From: Patescibacteria group bacterium
GTDB taxonomy: Bacteria > Patescibacteriota > Patescibacteriia > UBA9934
Length of the DNA stretch: 64,000 nt
Assembly: GCA_038064675.1 (NCBI GenBank)
Contig: JBBTSM010000003.1
Span: 102,663-166,662 of the forward strand
Reading direction: 5' to 3'
This document shows positions 1-7,750 of this stretch, piece after piece. A program made the translations under genes and the position numbers. The notes beneath the pieces are model-generated. The model did no database searches and was not told the origin of the DNA. It saw nothing but the letters and a program-made list of their open reading frames with translations. Positions within the stretch are counted from its first letter, which is position 1, and every line of letters begins with the position of its first letter.

Positions 1-850
1 CCTTTGTATGCGTCATGCCATCGCAAACAATTGCGAGTTCCGGCGTGGATGGATGTTCGTTAATGTCTTTTGCTCCACAATATAAAATCCACTGTGTCCC
101 CGCGAACGGCGTCGCACCGTAGTCGCCCTTCAAGATACTCGCGTATAGTGGATAGTTATCTTCCCAAGGTCCAGAGTTCGCAATATCAACATCGAAAAGA
201 GGTTTTCCAGACTGTTGATCCTCAAATACAACACCATAACTTCGCGCGCCCCCCATGCTGAAACCCTGAAAAATAATGTTTCCATCAGTAATTCCCTTTG
301 CCGCTAACGCGCTTGTAATAAGCTGATACATCTCTGGGATTTCGTAATATCCAACGTCCTCGAGGGACCTGCCGAGCCACCATTGCAGGCCAATAAATGC
401 GTATCCACGCGCAGAAATTTCTGGATACCAAACCTTAAAATCCTGTATCGCCCAATCGCCGTGCCCGTGCAAACTTACAACGATCGTGTCTTTTGCGGGA
501 TCGAATCCCTCCGGCTGCCACCAGACCGCATACGTATTGCCAGCATCAAGGGGAAGTATTTCAGCATCGTGCGTTGTGACGAATGTATAGGCGTTAGGAT
601 TATCTGCTTTTGCTAATTCAAGTGCCGAATCTGAAAGCTTTCTCCCAGAAACAAACGGCGTCACCGAAGCCGTGGTCGTTAGCGGTGTTACCGTATCTTG
701 CGGCACAACCACCGGTATCGGCGATGCGACAACCGGATTTCCTCCCCCAATTCCAGACCCCACCCAATACGCTGCAACAACTGCACACACAAACATTATC
801 GCCACACCAAGAAACAGAAAGATTCGATTTCCATTCGACATAGCAGTCAT
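1..850 (-). CDS. alpha/beta-hydrolase-fold esterase/lipase-like protein with an N-terminal membrane anchor; C-terminus runs off the window
   Basis: My own minus-strand translation from ATG at ~848-850: MTAMSNGNRIFLFLGVAIMFVCAVVAAYW... It contains the nucleophile elbow GFSMGG (GxSxG) and HGHGDW. It is absent from the ORF track, presumably because the window edge truncates it. Confidence 0.45.
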   Translation of the reverse strand, partial: MTAMSNGNRIFLFLGVAIMFVCAVVAAYWVGSGIGGGNPVVASPIPVVVPQDTVTPLTTTASVTPFVSGRKLSDSALELAKADNPNAYTFVTTHDAEILPLDAGNTYAVWWQPEGFDPAKDTIVVSLHGHGDWAIQDFKVWYPEISARGYAFIGLQWWLGRSLEDVGYYEIPEMYQLITSALAAKGITDGNIIFQGFSMGGARSYGVVFEDQQSGKPLFDVDIANSGPWEDNYPLYASILKGDYGATPFAGTQWILYCGAKDINEHPSTPELAIVCDGMTHTK

Positions 851-866
851 CGATAAAGAATATTCC

Positions 867-1655
867 TCACTGTACCACAACAACATTCGGAACCGCAGCA
901 GACTGGACCTCGATATCCCATGGAGATGATGAAGTCGAGATTCCTGTGGACGGCCCGCCGTCGAGGTTGCCCGCAATACGGAAATGTTCGGGCTGCTGCG
1001 AAAGCCATTGTGCCATTTGATACAGCGACACTTCTCCGGATTCGCTTACAACGACATCGATTGTCCCATCGTCTTCCTGCGCAAGAACCGTTCGGCGAGC
1101 GTGCAAACCACTGTCTTCTGCAACCATTGGCGTGTCGTTCAGAATCAGCGTCGGAAACGAAAGGAATGTAGATCCTGGATACGGGCCGAGCATCGAGCTC
1201 GCCGGCACGTGATACATGTTCATCGTGCCTTCTGGAGTGATGTTCACCGCAAACGTGTATCCGTTCTCATCGAATGCGACGTTAGGCCACGCAACAATAG
1301 AATCAGCGCCGTTGATAGAATAAAATCCAGCGGGCTGATTCGTCTCCGTAAAATACGATCCATTCATCACGAACGTTGCGCCGAGATTCTTCCGCCATTC
1401 GTGAACCGATCGTGGCGAAAACGGATCGTTCGCAAACGACCATTGCGAATCGGCTGAGAACTTCGACACAAGAAACGAAACCTCGTGGCCATCGAACGAC
1501 GTGATTCTCCGCTCCATAAATGCCGGAAGATCGGCGTAACCATACCGAAGAACACTCTTCATTGTTGGCAAATACGCAGCGAAAAGCAATCCAAGAGCAA
1601 CCCCACCGCATACCATCGCTAAACATCCTAGGGCAAAAAATCGCTTAAGGTTCAT
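867..1655 (-). CDS. membrane-anchored phosphodiester glycosidase-like protein (NAGPA/DUF2233-like)
   Basis: ORF track, 262 aa. N-terminal TM segment; motifs MNGSYF and GFYSINGA fit that family. Lies in tandem with the hydrolase gene at 1..850. Confidence 0.4.
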   Translation of the reverse strand: MNLKRFFALGCLAMVCGGVALGLLFAAYLPTMKSVLRYGYADLPAFMERRITSFDGHEVSFLVSKFSADSQWSFANDPFSPRSVHEWRKNLGATFVMNGSYFTETNQPAGFYSINGADSIVAWPNVAFDENGYTFAVNITPEGTMNMYHVPASSMLGPYPGSTFLSFPTLILNDTPMVAEDSGLHARRTVLAQEDDGTIDVVVSESGEVSLYQMAQWLSQQPEHFRIAGNLDGGPSTGISTSSSPWDIEVQSAAVPNVVVVQ

Positions 1656-1658
1656 AGG

Positions 1659-4478
1659 CTAGAAATCATCATCGCCATCGTCTTCAAACGATCCACGACA
1701 GAACACCTCTGGCTCAACAGCAGCAGTATCATTCAATCCCCATTTTTGCTGTCGCCCATCTCGTAGCGCGGCCCTCTTGAGCTTCAGAAGCTCAAGCTCT
1801 CGATCTAATTTGAGCTGAAGTTCGGACAATCTTCGCTGAAGCCCCCAACGATCTGCCCGACGTCCAACAATTCGCCCCATTGAGGGACGGTAGACTTCAT
1901 GTTTTCGCAGCCGAATGTCGCTAGGATAAAACCCCTCACGATCCGGACGAGAATCATCATCACGACTCCTTGCGTTGTAGTCGAATCGACGCCAATCAAA
2001 ACCGAGCGCTTCTAATTCCGTTATCGTTGCAGAAACTTTTCGCATGGCATCAATGGCCGCTTGCGTGTCCTGTCGGTCATGGATGCGATTGCGCAATACC
2101 ATTTCGGCATGCGGAATGTCGTTTTCGTCTAAACAACTCTGCACGCTCCGCTGATCACTTTCTGAAAACGGTGGCTCTCCAAGAACAAACGCAACAAGAT
2201 TATCAGCCTCGAACTCAGCATTCATTGCATCAGCCTCCACTTGCAACGCTCGTACATTCTTCAGTGTTTCGCTCAATGCCCCGTCCCCCATTGCCTCGCG
2301 GGCTCGAAGCGCAACAACACGCTGAGCATACTTCTCTTTTGCGCGAGCCATACTCGCCTCAGCGTCCGCCGTGTTTTGTGCATACTGGATTCGGTACGTA
2401 TCGCCATCTGAATACCGAATGGTTGCGTGCGCAAAATGTTCTACACCGTCCCGATCCACAACATACCAGATGGTTCTCGGACGCGACTCCATGAGAATAT
2501 CGAGCAGAGCGGGCGTCGGAAACTGATCATTCGGTGTGATCGTTAAAGGAATATCCATTTTTCCAACAGGATCTTGCGTTGAAAAATCTCTCCATGCCTG
2601 GGCAAGGAACCGCTCTTTAGGCTGGATGATCTCCAACAATTCCCCAAAACGATTTGCGGAAAATTCTCGCGCAGTCTGCCGAATCCCAAAACTCACATCC
2701 TCGAAACGGAACATGATCAACACCGGATTATCGCGCGTTCCAAGTAGTGGAACATCCGCCGGAGTTGCCCGCTCAAGCCAATGCGCATTCGCAAATGCTC
2801 CGCCGCCACGTTCGACGTCTACAACGCCTTTTACGATCTTTTCTCCTTTGGGATCCCATTCATATTTCACCGTAAACGGATGCTTCCCGAGTAAAATTGT
2901 TTCAGGATATTGCTTCTCTGCCTCACGGAGCGCCGCACGATCGGACTCTGCAGAAAATACATCATCAAGGGTTAACACAAAATGCGAACGCTTGTCGTCT
3001 AATTGTTTTGCAGTAGATACACCAGACGAAACAATACGATCAAACATCCACTCGCTTTCTGCGTCTGCGCCGGTATATGTATGCAACGGACCTGGATTAA
3101 CTCCGGCAATTTTTGCTAACAACGGCAATCGATTTTCAACAAGCTTCTTGTATATCCAGTGAACATCATTCCAATAATGTGGTTCAAAAATATCTTCGCG
3201 ATAGCCCACGCTTGAACGCGGACGTTCTCGAATCTTATATACTATCGCATTCGCGATTGTTCGTGCTGCCGCTTGCTCAACCACTGCCGCCCGATTGCCC
3301 TGCACAGGTTCTTCGGCGGGCATCAATCCGATACCATTCTTATTAATCAGCCAACGCTGAACATCGACGACAGTTTTCCCGTCGAAAGATCGGACACGTG
3401 GTTTCCCTCGTTCTTCCAAAAGATATCCCGTCGGCAGTGCTTCGAGAAGCTCTGGCTCAATAATGCCATGATAACCGTACCCAACGCGCTCGCCTCGGCC
3501 GTCCACACGAACAGTAGCAAAAACATTCGACACAATACCGCCATCAAACCCAACCGAACTGCGATCCGGAATGGAGGCGTAAAAATGTTGAGCATCGTAC
3601 GTGCCGGCCACTACCCAAGATGTTTGAGAACGAAAATCACGCGCGTCTTGCGCGTTACCCAACGGAGGAGCCGCATTCACCATGCGATCTATTTCTGCAC
3701 GAATCGCCTCTAAACGTTCTCGAGCCTGAGACTCAGCGTACCGCGCTGGAAGTTGCTTCAGGGGAATACAGTTTCCCTCATCTGACCGAACAAAGATGTC
3801 GTCCGCCTCAAATCCTGCACGAATAACCTTATGCAGCTGTTCGGCGCTTAGTGCCTGAATCTTTTCAATAAACGTTCCAACGTTAAACGAGGCCCGCGTT
3901 TTCGCCTCCTGTTCGTCACGAATCATTTTTGCAACATGAACCAATCCATCTCCATCTAAACCATACTGCTCGGCCCACGCGCGAAATGCGGATCGATCCT
4001 TTGGCGATTCAGCGGCAAAAACGTTTGGAACATTTTGCCCCGGCTTTGTAGCCTTTTTTAACGCGGCGAACAACCGAAACCAATCTGATGGGCGAGCGTA
4101 TCCCGTTCCCGATTCTTGCATCTCACGATCAAGCAGAGCCTGACGGTCGTGCAATCTCTTCCAAGCACGACCGCGCGCCTGAGCATCAGTGCCGCCCCGC
4201 ATCTTCATTCGTTCAGCATCAATCATTCCGCGATCCGGAATCTTGTATACCTTTGCCATGTTTGTAAATCCTTCAACCGCCCGAACCAAATTCAACATCG
4301 CTTCTGCCTCAACAGTAATTCCCATCTCTTCCGCCTTCTGCAGCATCAATGCTCTTCGTTCCTGAGGTCCGAGCTGTTCGCCGGGAACCCGCGAGCGCTC
4401 AATCTGCCGAGGTACAGGAGCACTAGGCGCTTGCGGCCCACGATCCGCCAAGATTTCTTCCCATCTCATTTTTGCCAT
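1659..4478 (-). CDS. large hypothetical cytoplasmic protein (939 aa), no family recognised
   Basis: Single long ORF with mixed composition, no signal peptide and an acidic C-terminus (EDDGDDDF). Confidence 0.5.
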   Translation of the reverse strand: MAKMRWEEILADRGPQAPSAPVPRQIERSRVPGEQLGPQERRALMLQKAEEMGITVEAEAMLNLVRAVEGFTNMAKVYKIPDRGMIDAERMKMRGGTDAQARGRAWKRLHDRQALLDREMQESGTGYARPSDWFRLFAALKKATKPGQNVPNVFAAESPKDRSAFRAWAEQYGLDGDGLVHVAKMIRDEQEAKTRASFNVGTFIEKIQALSAEQLHKVIRAGFEADDIFVRSDEGNCIPLKQLPARYAESQARERLEAIRAEIDRMVNAAPPLGNAQDARDFRSQTSWVVAGTYDAQHFYASIPDRSSVGFDGGIVSNVFATVRVDGRGERVGYGYHGIIEPELLEALPTGYLLEERGKPRVRSFDGKTVVDVQRWLINKNGIGLMPAEEPVQGNRAAVVEQAAARTIANAIVYKIRERPRSSVGYREDIFEPHYWNDVHWIYKKLVENRLPLLAKIAGVNPGPLHTYTGADAESEWMFDRIVSSGVSTAKQLDDKRSHFVLTLDDVFSAESDRAALREAEKQYPETILLGKHPFTVKYEWDPKGEKIVKGVVDVERGGGAFANAHWLERATPADVPLLGTRDNPVLIMFRFEDVSFGIRQTAREFSANRFGELLEIIQPKERFLAQAWRDFSTQDPVGKMDIPLTITPNDQFPTPALLDILMESRPRTIWYVVDRDGVEHFAHATIRYSDGDTYRIQYAQNTADAEASMARAKEKYAQRVVALRAREAMGDGALSETLKNVRALQVEADAMNAEFEADNLVAFVLGEPPFSESDQRSVQSCLDENDIPHAEMVLRNRIHDRQDTQAAIDAMRKVSATITELEALGFDWRRFDYNARSRDDDSRPDREGFYPSDIRLRKHEVYRPSMGRIVGRRADRWGLQRRLSELQLKLDRELELLKLKRAALRDGRQQKWGLNDTAAVEPEVFCRGSFEDDGDDDF

Positions 4479-4516
4479 AATGCAACAGTCTCAATGATAG
4501 AAACTTTCCCATGTGC

Positions 4517-4792
4517 TCACAGTTCTTCCGACGAATTACATTCGTACAATATCAGAATTTCTGAAGAATCTTCTTGGCTCTTCGCACCACGGTGGCAGGA
4601 ACCATAATAGAAAATTTCGACGGTGCCCGTGCGGCGAACGGATTCCAGTGAAAGGTGATCTCCAGCAATTTCTGATGGGATGCCCGCCACCATCAGTTTT
4701 GCGCACGCAATATCTGCCCGCATCTCGTCGTCCATCGTCGCGGCAACGACCAAGATTTTTCCGCGGAGATTCATACAGAACGATTCTAACAT
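4517..4792 (-). CDS. possible small hypothetical protein
   Basis: Internal Met of ORF 4517..4822. The segment KILVVAATMDDEMRADIACAKLMVAGIP looks protein-like, whereas the overlapping plus-strand ORFs look like low-complexity junk. Confidence 0.2.
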   Translation of the reverse strand: MLESFCMNLRGKILVVAATMDDEMRADIACAKLMVAGIPSEIAGDHLSLESVRRTGTVEIFYYGSCHRGAKSQEDSSEILILYECNSSEEL

Positions 4793-4835
4793 GGAGCACG
4801 CTCTTAAAACAGGAATATACAAATTTTGCCAGCGG

Positions 4836-4864
4836 TTTACATCGGAAACAAGATTCTGTAGAAT
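4836..4864 (+). promoter_or_regulatory. sigma70-like promoter (TTTACA-17-TAGAAT) about 80 nt upstream of tRNA-Trp
   Basis: Hexamers and spacer read directly from the sequence. Confidence 0.4.
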
Positions 4865-4943
4865 GAACGTGCTTTATATGGTTTCGACTGAATAGAGTAA
4901 CCGGATAGAACCTTCTCCTCAAAACAGAAGGTTCTATGTATGG

Positions 4944-5017
4944 AGGGATATCGTATAATGGTAGTACAACGGTCTCCAAAACCGTTAGCGTGGGTCCGAT
5001 TCCCCCTATCCCTGCCA
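4944..5017 (+). tRNA. tRNA-Trp (anticodon CCA)
   Basis: Manual cloverleaf: acceptor AGGGATA/TATCCCT, anticodon stem ACGGT/ACCGT, loop CTCCAAA, encoded CCA. The T-loop reads TCCGATT, with C at the usual psi55 position. Confidence 0.65.
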
Positions 5018-5034
5018 AGAGCCGCTTTGGTGCT

Positions 5035-5083
5035 GTGACCGGATTCCCATAGGACCCAGGACGGGTTCCTGTGACCGGAGTCC
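5035..5083 (+). repeat. two tandem copies of a 13-bp direct repeat: GTGACCGGATTCC at 5035-5047 and GTGACCGGAGTCC at 5071-5083
   Basis: Read directly. A third copy at 5934-5946 closes the downstream gene. Confidence 0.6.
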
Positions 5084-5102
5084 TAGCCAAAGCGACTGCT
5101 GA

Positions 5103-5132
5103 AAACCCGCCACCAATTTGGTGGCGGGTTTT
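5103..5132 (+). terminator. rho-independent terminator, bidirectional (AAAACCCGCCACCAA/TTGGTGGCGGGTTTT)
   Basis: Perfect inverted repeat flanked by an A-run and a T-run. Confidence 0.55.
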
Positions 5133-5139
5133 CAATAGT

Positions 5140-5937
5140 ATGGATTACTTCGAATGGATTCTGAATTTCAACCGGCAAGAACTGGAGAGGGTACTGACCG
5201 CCGCCGTCGGGAATTATCCATTCCCGTTCTTCCATTTGGACGCTAGGCCATATGCGCTTAAGTCAATGACAGCGATGGTTCCGTTTAATCGGATACCACT
5301 TCAAAAGAACAAAGGTGATTTTGATCTCTTAATGCGGAGAGAGCGCGGGATATTTGATATAGGATATGCCGGATACGAACTAAAAGCCTTCTATCATAGC
5401 AAGAACGATGTAATAACGCCGAAACACAAAAAGCAGAAAAACATTCGTAAATACAAATATCAAATTGAAAAACTCTCACAAGGACCATGCCGATGGATTG
5501 GTTTCATTGAAATTCACTTTTTCGAGAGCGGTAACCTTAAGTCAATTGATAAAATTGAAACTATTTCAACGGAACTCGTCGAATCGTGCGTAAAATTTGG
5601 AGCAACATATGCTCAACTCTTCGTTCAGCTTCCTCCGCAGAGTGATGGCTTACTGAATTACGATGGTGTAATTTTTTATCCGGCAAAGTACTACAATTTT
5701 GGCAAAGATAGAATACGGGGAATCCGATCGGTTTTAAGTCTGTTAGTGACGAAACTTATTGCTCGCAAAATGAAAAAGCTCGGTGAGCTACCCGGTCAGT
5801 ACAATTATTACTGCATATCTTGTAAAAAGATCACTCCCTTAAATCCAGGAATAGGAATTGGCGATTATCACATCGCATGTTGCTGCCACTGCCTTAATCC
5901 TCTAATTGCTGACAGAAAGACTGCCAAATCGCAGTGA
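5140..5937 (+). CDS. PD-(D/E)xK-type nuclease-like protein with a C-terminal Cys cluster; AT-rich; flanked by direct repeats
   Basis: The ATG at 5140 is the first Met after the terminator. The track ORF actually begins at the GTG inside repeat copy 2. Motif GDFDLL...GYELK matches (P)D...ExK; C-terminus is CISCKK...ACCCHC. GC is ~42% against a ~52% backbone. Confidence 0.45.
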   Translation: MDYFEWILNFNRQELERVLTAAVGNYPFPFFHLDARPYALKSMTAMVPFNRIPLQKNKGDFDLLMRRERGIFDIGYAGYELKAFYHSKNDVITPKHKKQKNIRKYKYQIEKLSQGPCRWIGFIEIHFFESGNLKSIDKIETISTELVESCVKFGATYAQLFVQLPPQSDGLLNYDGVIFYPAKYYNFGKDRIRGIRSVLSLLVTKLIARKMKKLGELPGQYNYYCISCKKITPLNPGIGIGDYHIACCCHCLNPLIADRKTAKSQ

Positions 5938-5946
5938 CCGGAGTCC
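5934..5946 (+). repeat. third copy of direct repeat GTGACCGGAGTCC; overlaps the TGA stop of CDS 5140..5937
   Basis: Exact 13/13 match to the copy at 5071-5083. Confidence 0.6.
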
Positions 5947-6018
5947 CTCATTAAGTATCCTCGGAATCTTCCGAAACCCCCTGAATAACCGAGTTCAGGA
6001 GCGGAGTGCCCTACCACG

Positions 6019-6049
6019 AAAAAATACAGCTGATGTCAGCTGTATTTTT
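6019..6049 (+). terminator. rho-independent terminator AATACAGCTGA-TG-TCAGCTGTATTTTT
   Basis: 11-bp stem plus T-run. Confidence 0.55.
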
Positions 6050-6098
6050 CGTTGAGGCCACAAGGGAATAGAACTTTTGTGTTAAAATTCAACACAAT

Positions 6099-6557
6099 AT
6101 GATTGGAGAACGTGTCGAACAAATTGCGTCTCAAGAGATACAAGTTAGGATTGGCAACAAGGAAAGCAAGTTCCGTGTAGTTGATAGAAGTGATCAAGCG
6201 GAGATCGCAGTTCAAGTAGATGACGACACGAATCAGGATCAAATTGCAGATACGGTGAAGGCGGCACTTGAACAGCGATATTGGTTTGTAAATCCTCAAT
6301 GGGAACAAGAGACGTTGAAAGAACGATTTAAGATCGAACTTGGCCAATCTGCGGTTGAAATTTTTGCTTTTGGTGAAGGCCTGCAGGAGAGGGTACGCAC
6401 AGGAATCATTCGAACTCTCGAACGTTTGTATAGCAAGTTGGGCGATAAATCATTATGGCGTTTAGAGTCCATTCAGATACTTCCTCAACAGACAATAAAT
6501 CCGAAAAGCGGCGAAGCCGTTCCGAGGGATGGAATTTCCTGCTCAACGACGTCTTGA
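6099..6557 (+). CDS. hypothetical protein; probable N-terminal part of a frameshift-split metallopeptidase gene
   Basis: ORF track. Runs into a stop 29 nt after the next ORF has opened in the +1 frame. Confidence 0.4.
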   Translation: MIGERVEQIASQEIQVRIGNKESKFRVVDRSDQAEIAVQVDDDTNQDQIADTVKAALEQRYWFVNPQWEQETLKERFKIELGQSAVEIFAFGEGLQERVRTGIIRTLERLYSKLGDKSLWRLESIQILPQQTINPKSGEAVPRDGISCSTTS

Positions 6558-7101
6558 ACTTTATCCGGCGGGCACGGCAAATTCGGCTTATCGGAAAGGT
6601 GAGCTTCCGTGTACTGAACTTGAAGGAACGCTGGCACACGAAATAACTCACGTAGTGCTTGAAACTGCATTAGCCAGAGCGTGGGATTCTGAAGATCTCG
6701 GCTGGGAAATACACGACGAAGTTTTGATCGAACTGCCCGGGGGAGATCGCACGATGCACTTCAACAAGCGTCCACAGGAGTGCCCGACGAGTTACGGTGG
6801 TCTGCAACCCGATGATGATCGCGCCGATAGTGTTGTCGCATTCCTTTTTGCACCGGACAGATTAAACGAAAACCGTAAACGAATTCTTGATCGTGTTTTT
6901 ACGGGAGACGAGGAAATTCTCGCTAACGTGACACGGCTAGATACAAGATTGCCGGAAGTCCCCAGTAATATCGCGGTACACGTCACTCAAAAACGTAAAA
7001 GTCTTTTTGGAATAAGCTCTATCAAACCAGGAAAAGAAAAGCGAGTCGTTACGCTATCCGATTTCCGCAAGGAGCGCAATATTCCTGAGCCAAGGTTCTA
7101 A
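6529..7101 (+). CDS. HExxH zinc-metallopeptidase-like protein (C-terminal part)
   Basis: Motif TLAHEITHVV. Its frame is open from 6499. Deleting one A in the A4 tract at ~6504-6507 fuses it with 6099..6557 into a ~334-aa protein. Confidence 0.4.
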   Translation: MEFPAQRRLELYPAGTANSAYRKGELPCTELEGTLAHEITHVVLETALARAWDSEDLGWEIHDEVLIELPGGDRTMHFNKRPQECPTSYGGLQPDDDRADSVVAFLFAPDRLNENRKRILDRVFTGDEEILANVTRLDTRLPEVPSNIAVHVTQKRKSLFGISSIKPGKEKRVVTLSDFRKERNIPEPRF

Positions 7102-7125
7102 CGTCGTGTATTAGCCCCTGCTACG

Positions 7126-7156
7126 AAAAACACAGCTGACATCAGCTGTGTTTTTT
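7126..7156 (+). terminator. rho-independent terminator AACACAGCTGA-CA-TCAGCTGTGTTTTTT
   Basis: Nearly the same hairpin as at 6019-6049. Confidence 0.55.
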
Positions 7157-7210
7157 GTTCGTGCACAGGATCTGCTAGAACGTATCGTTCAAATATCATA
7201 AAATGTTTAC

Positions 7211-7570
7211 GTGGTAAACATGTATTCAGTAATCTCTACAAGCAATATGCTGGGAACATATGAAAAAGCGCTCGAAGTCGCCGCAGCCGATAAGGGGCTC
7301 CAGGCAGCGATGGCAATTAAGCGATGGATTAAAGAGGCCCCAATCCCTAGTACTCAAATTGGAGATGGCGGGTATATTGCAAGTCAAGATATTCAAGCGG
7401 CCCTTGAAGGAGACGGACTAGAAGTGCGAACTGAAGTGAATCTTGTTCGAGAGGGATTCCCCCGTATCCAAGCGGGAGTTGGTTCAGTGGGATTTGATGA
7501 GAACCTCACGATTGAATCGGTGGGCGAAAATCGCTACAAGATTACGATGAGAAAATCCGTTGCGCGCTAG
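7211..7570 (+). CDS. hypothetical protein (119 aa)
   Basis: ORF track. Last gene of the AT-rich islet and has its own terminator. Confidence 0.35.
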   Translation: MVNMYSVISTSNMLGTYEKALEVAAADKGLQAAMAIKRWIKEAPIPSTQIGDGGYIASQDIQAALEGDGLEVRTEVNLVREGFPRIQAGVGSVGFDENLTIESVGENRYKITMRKSVAR

Positions 7571-7588
7571 CCCCTGCCAGAAACATTT

Positions 7589-7618
7589 AAAAACCCACCA
7601 GCGATGGTGGTGTTTTTT
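7589..7618 (+). terminator. rho-independent terminator CCCACCA-GCGA-TGGTGGTG plus T6
   Basis: Hairpin followed by a T-run. Confidence 0.5.
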
Positions 7619-7750
7619 GAATGGCAATGGTCGGCACCCCAAGCGTCGGGAATGCTGACCGTCGTTCATCACGGACTGTACTGAATATCCAAACATATTT
7701 TGACTGTATACTTGATACAAAGTCGAACACGTGAGCGCATAAAAGCACCT

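Noticed and set aside
4536-5135. 199-aa minus-strand ORF spanning tRNA-Trp
   Set aside because: It overlaps the tRNA and promoter, has a low-complexity Arg/Gly/Pro-rich translation, and lacks start context.
5071-5139. N-terminal extension of the nuclease-like ORF, starting at the GTG at 5071
   Set aside because: The extension reads through a strong intrinsic terminator hairpin (5103-5132). The first ATG after the terminator (5140) is more plausible.
6036-6347. 103-aa minus-strand ORF opposite 6099..6557
   Set aside because: A low-complexity Leu/Asn/Ile-rich translation of AT-rich DNA. The plus-strand ORF looks like a real protein.
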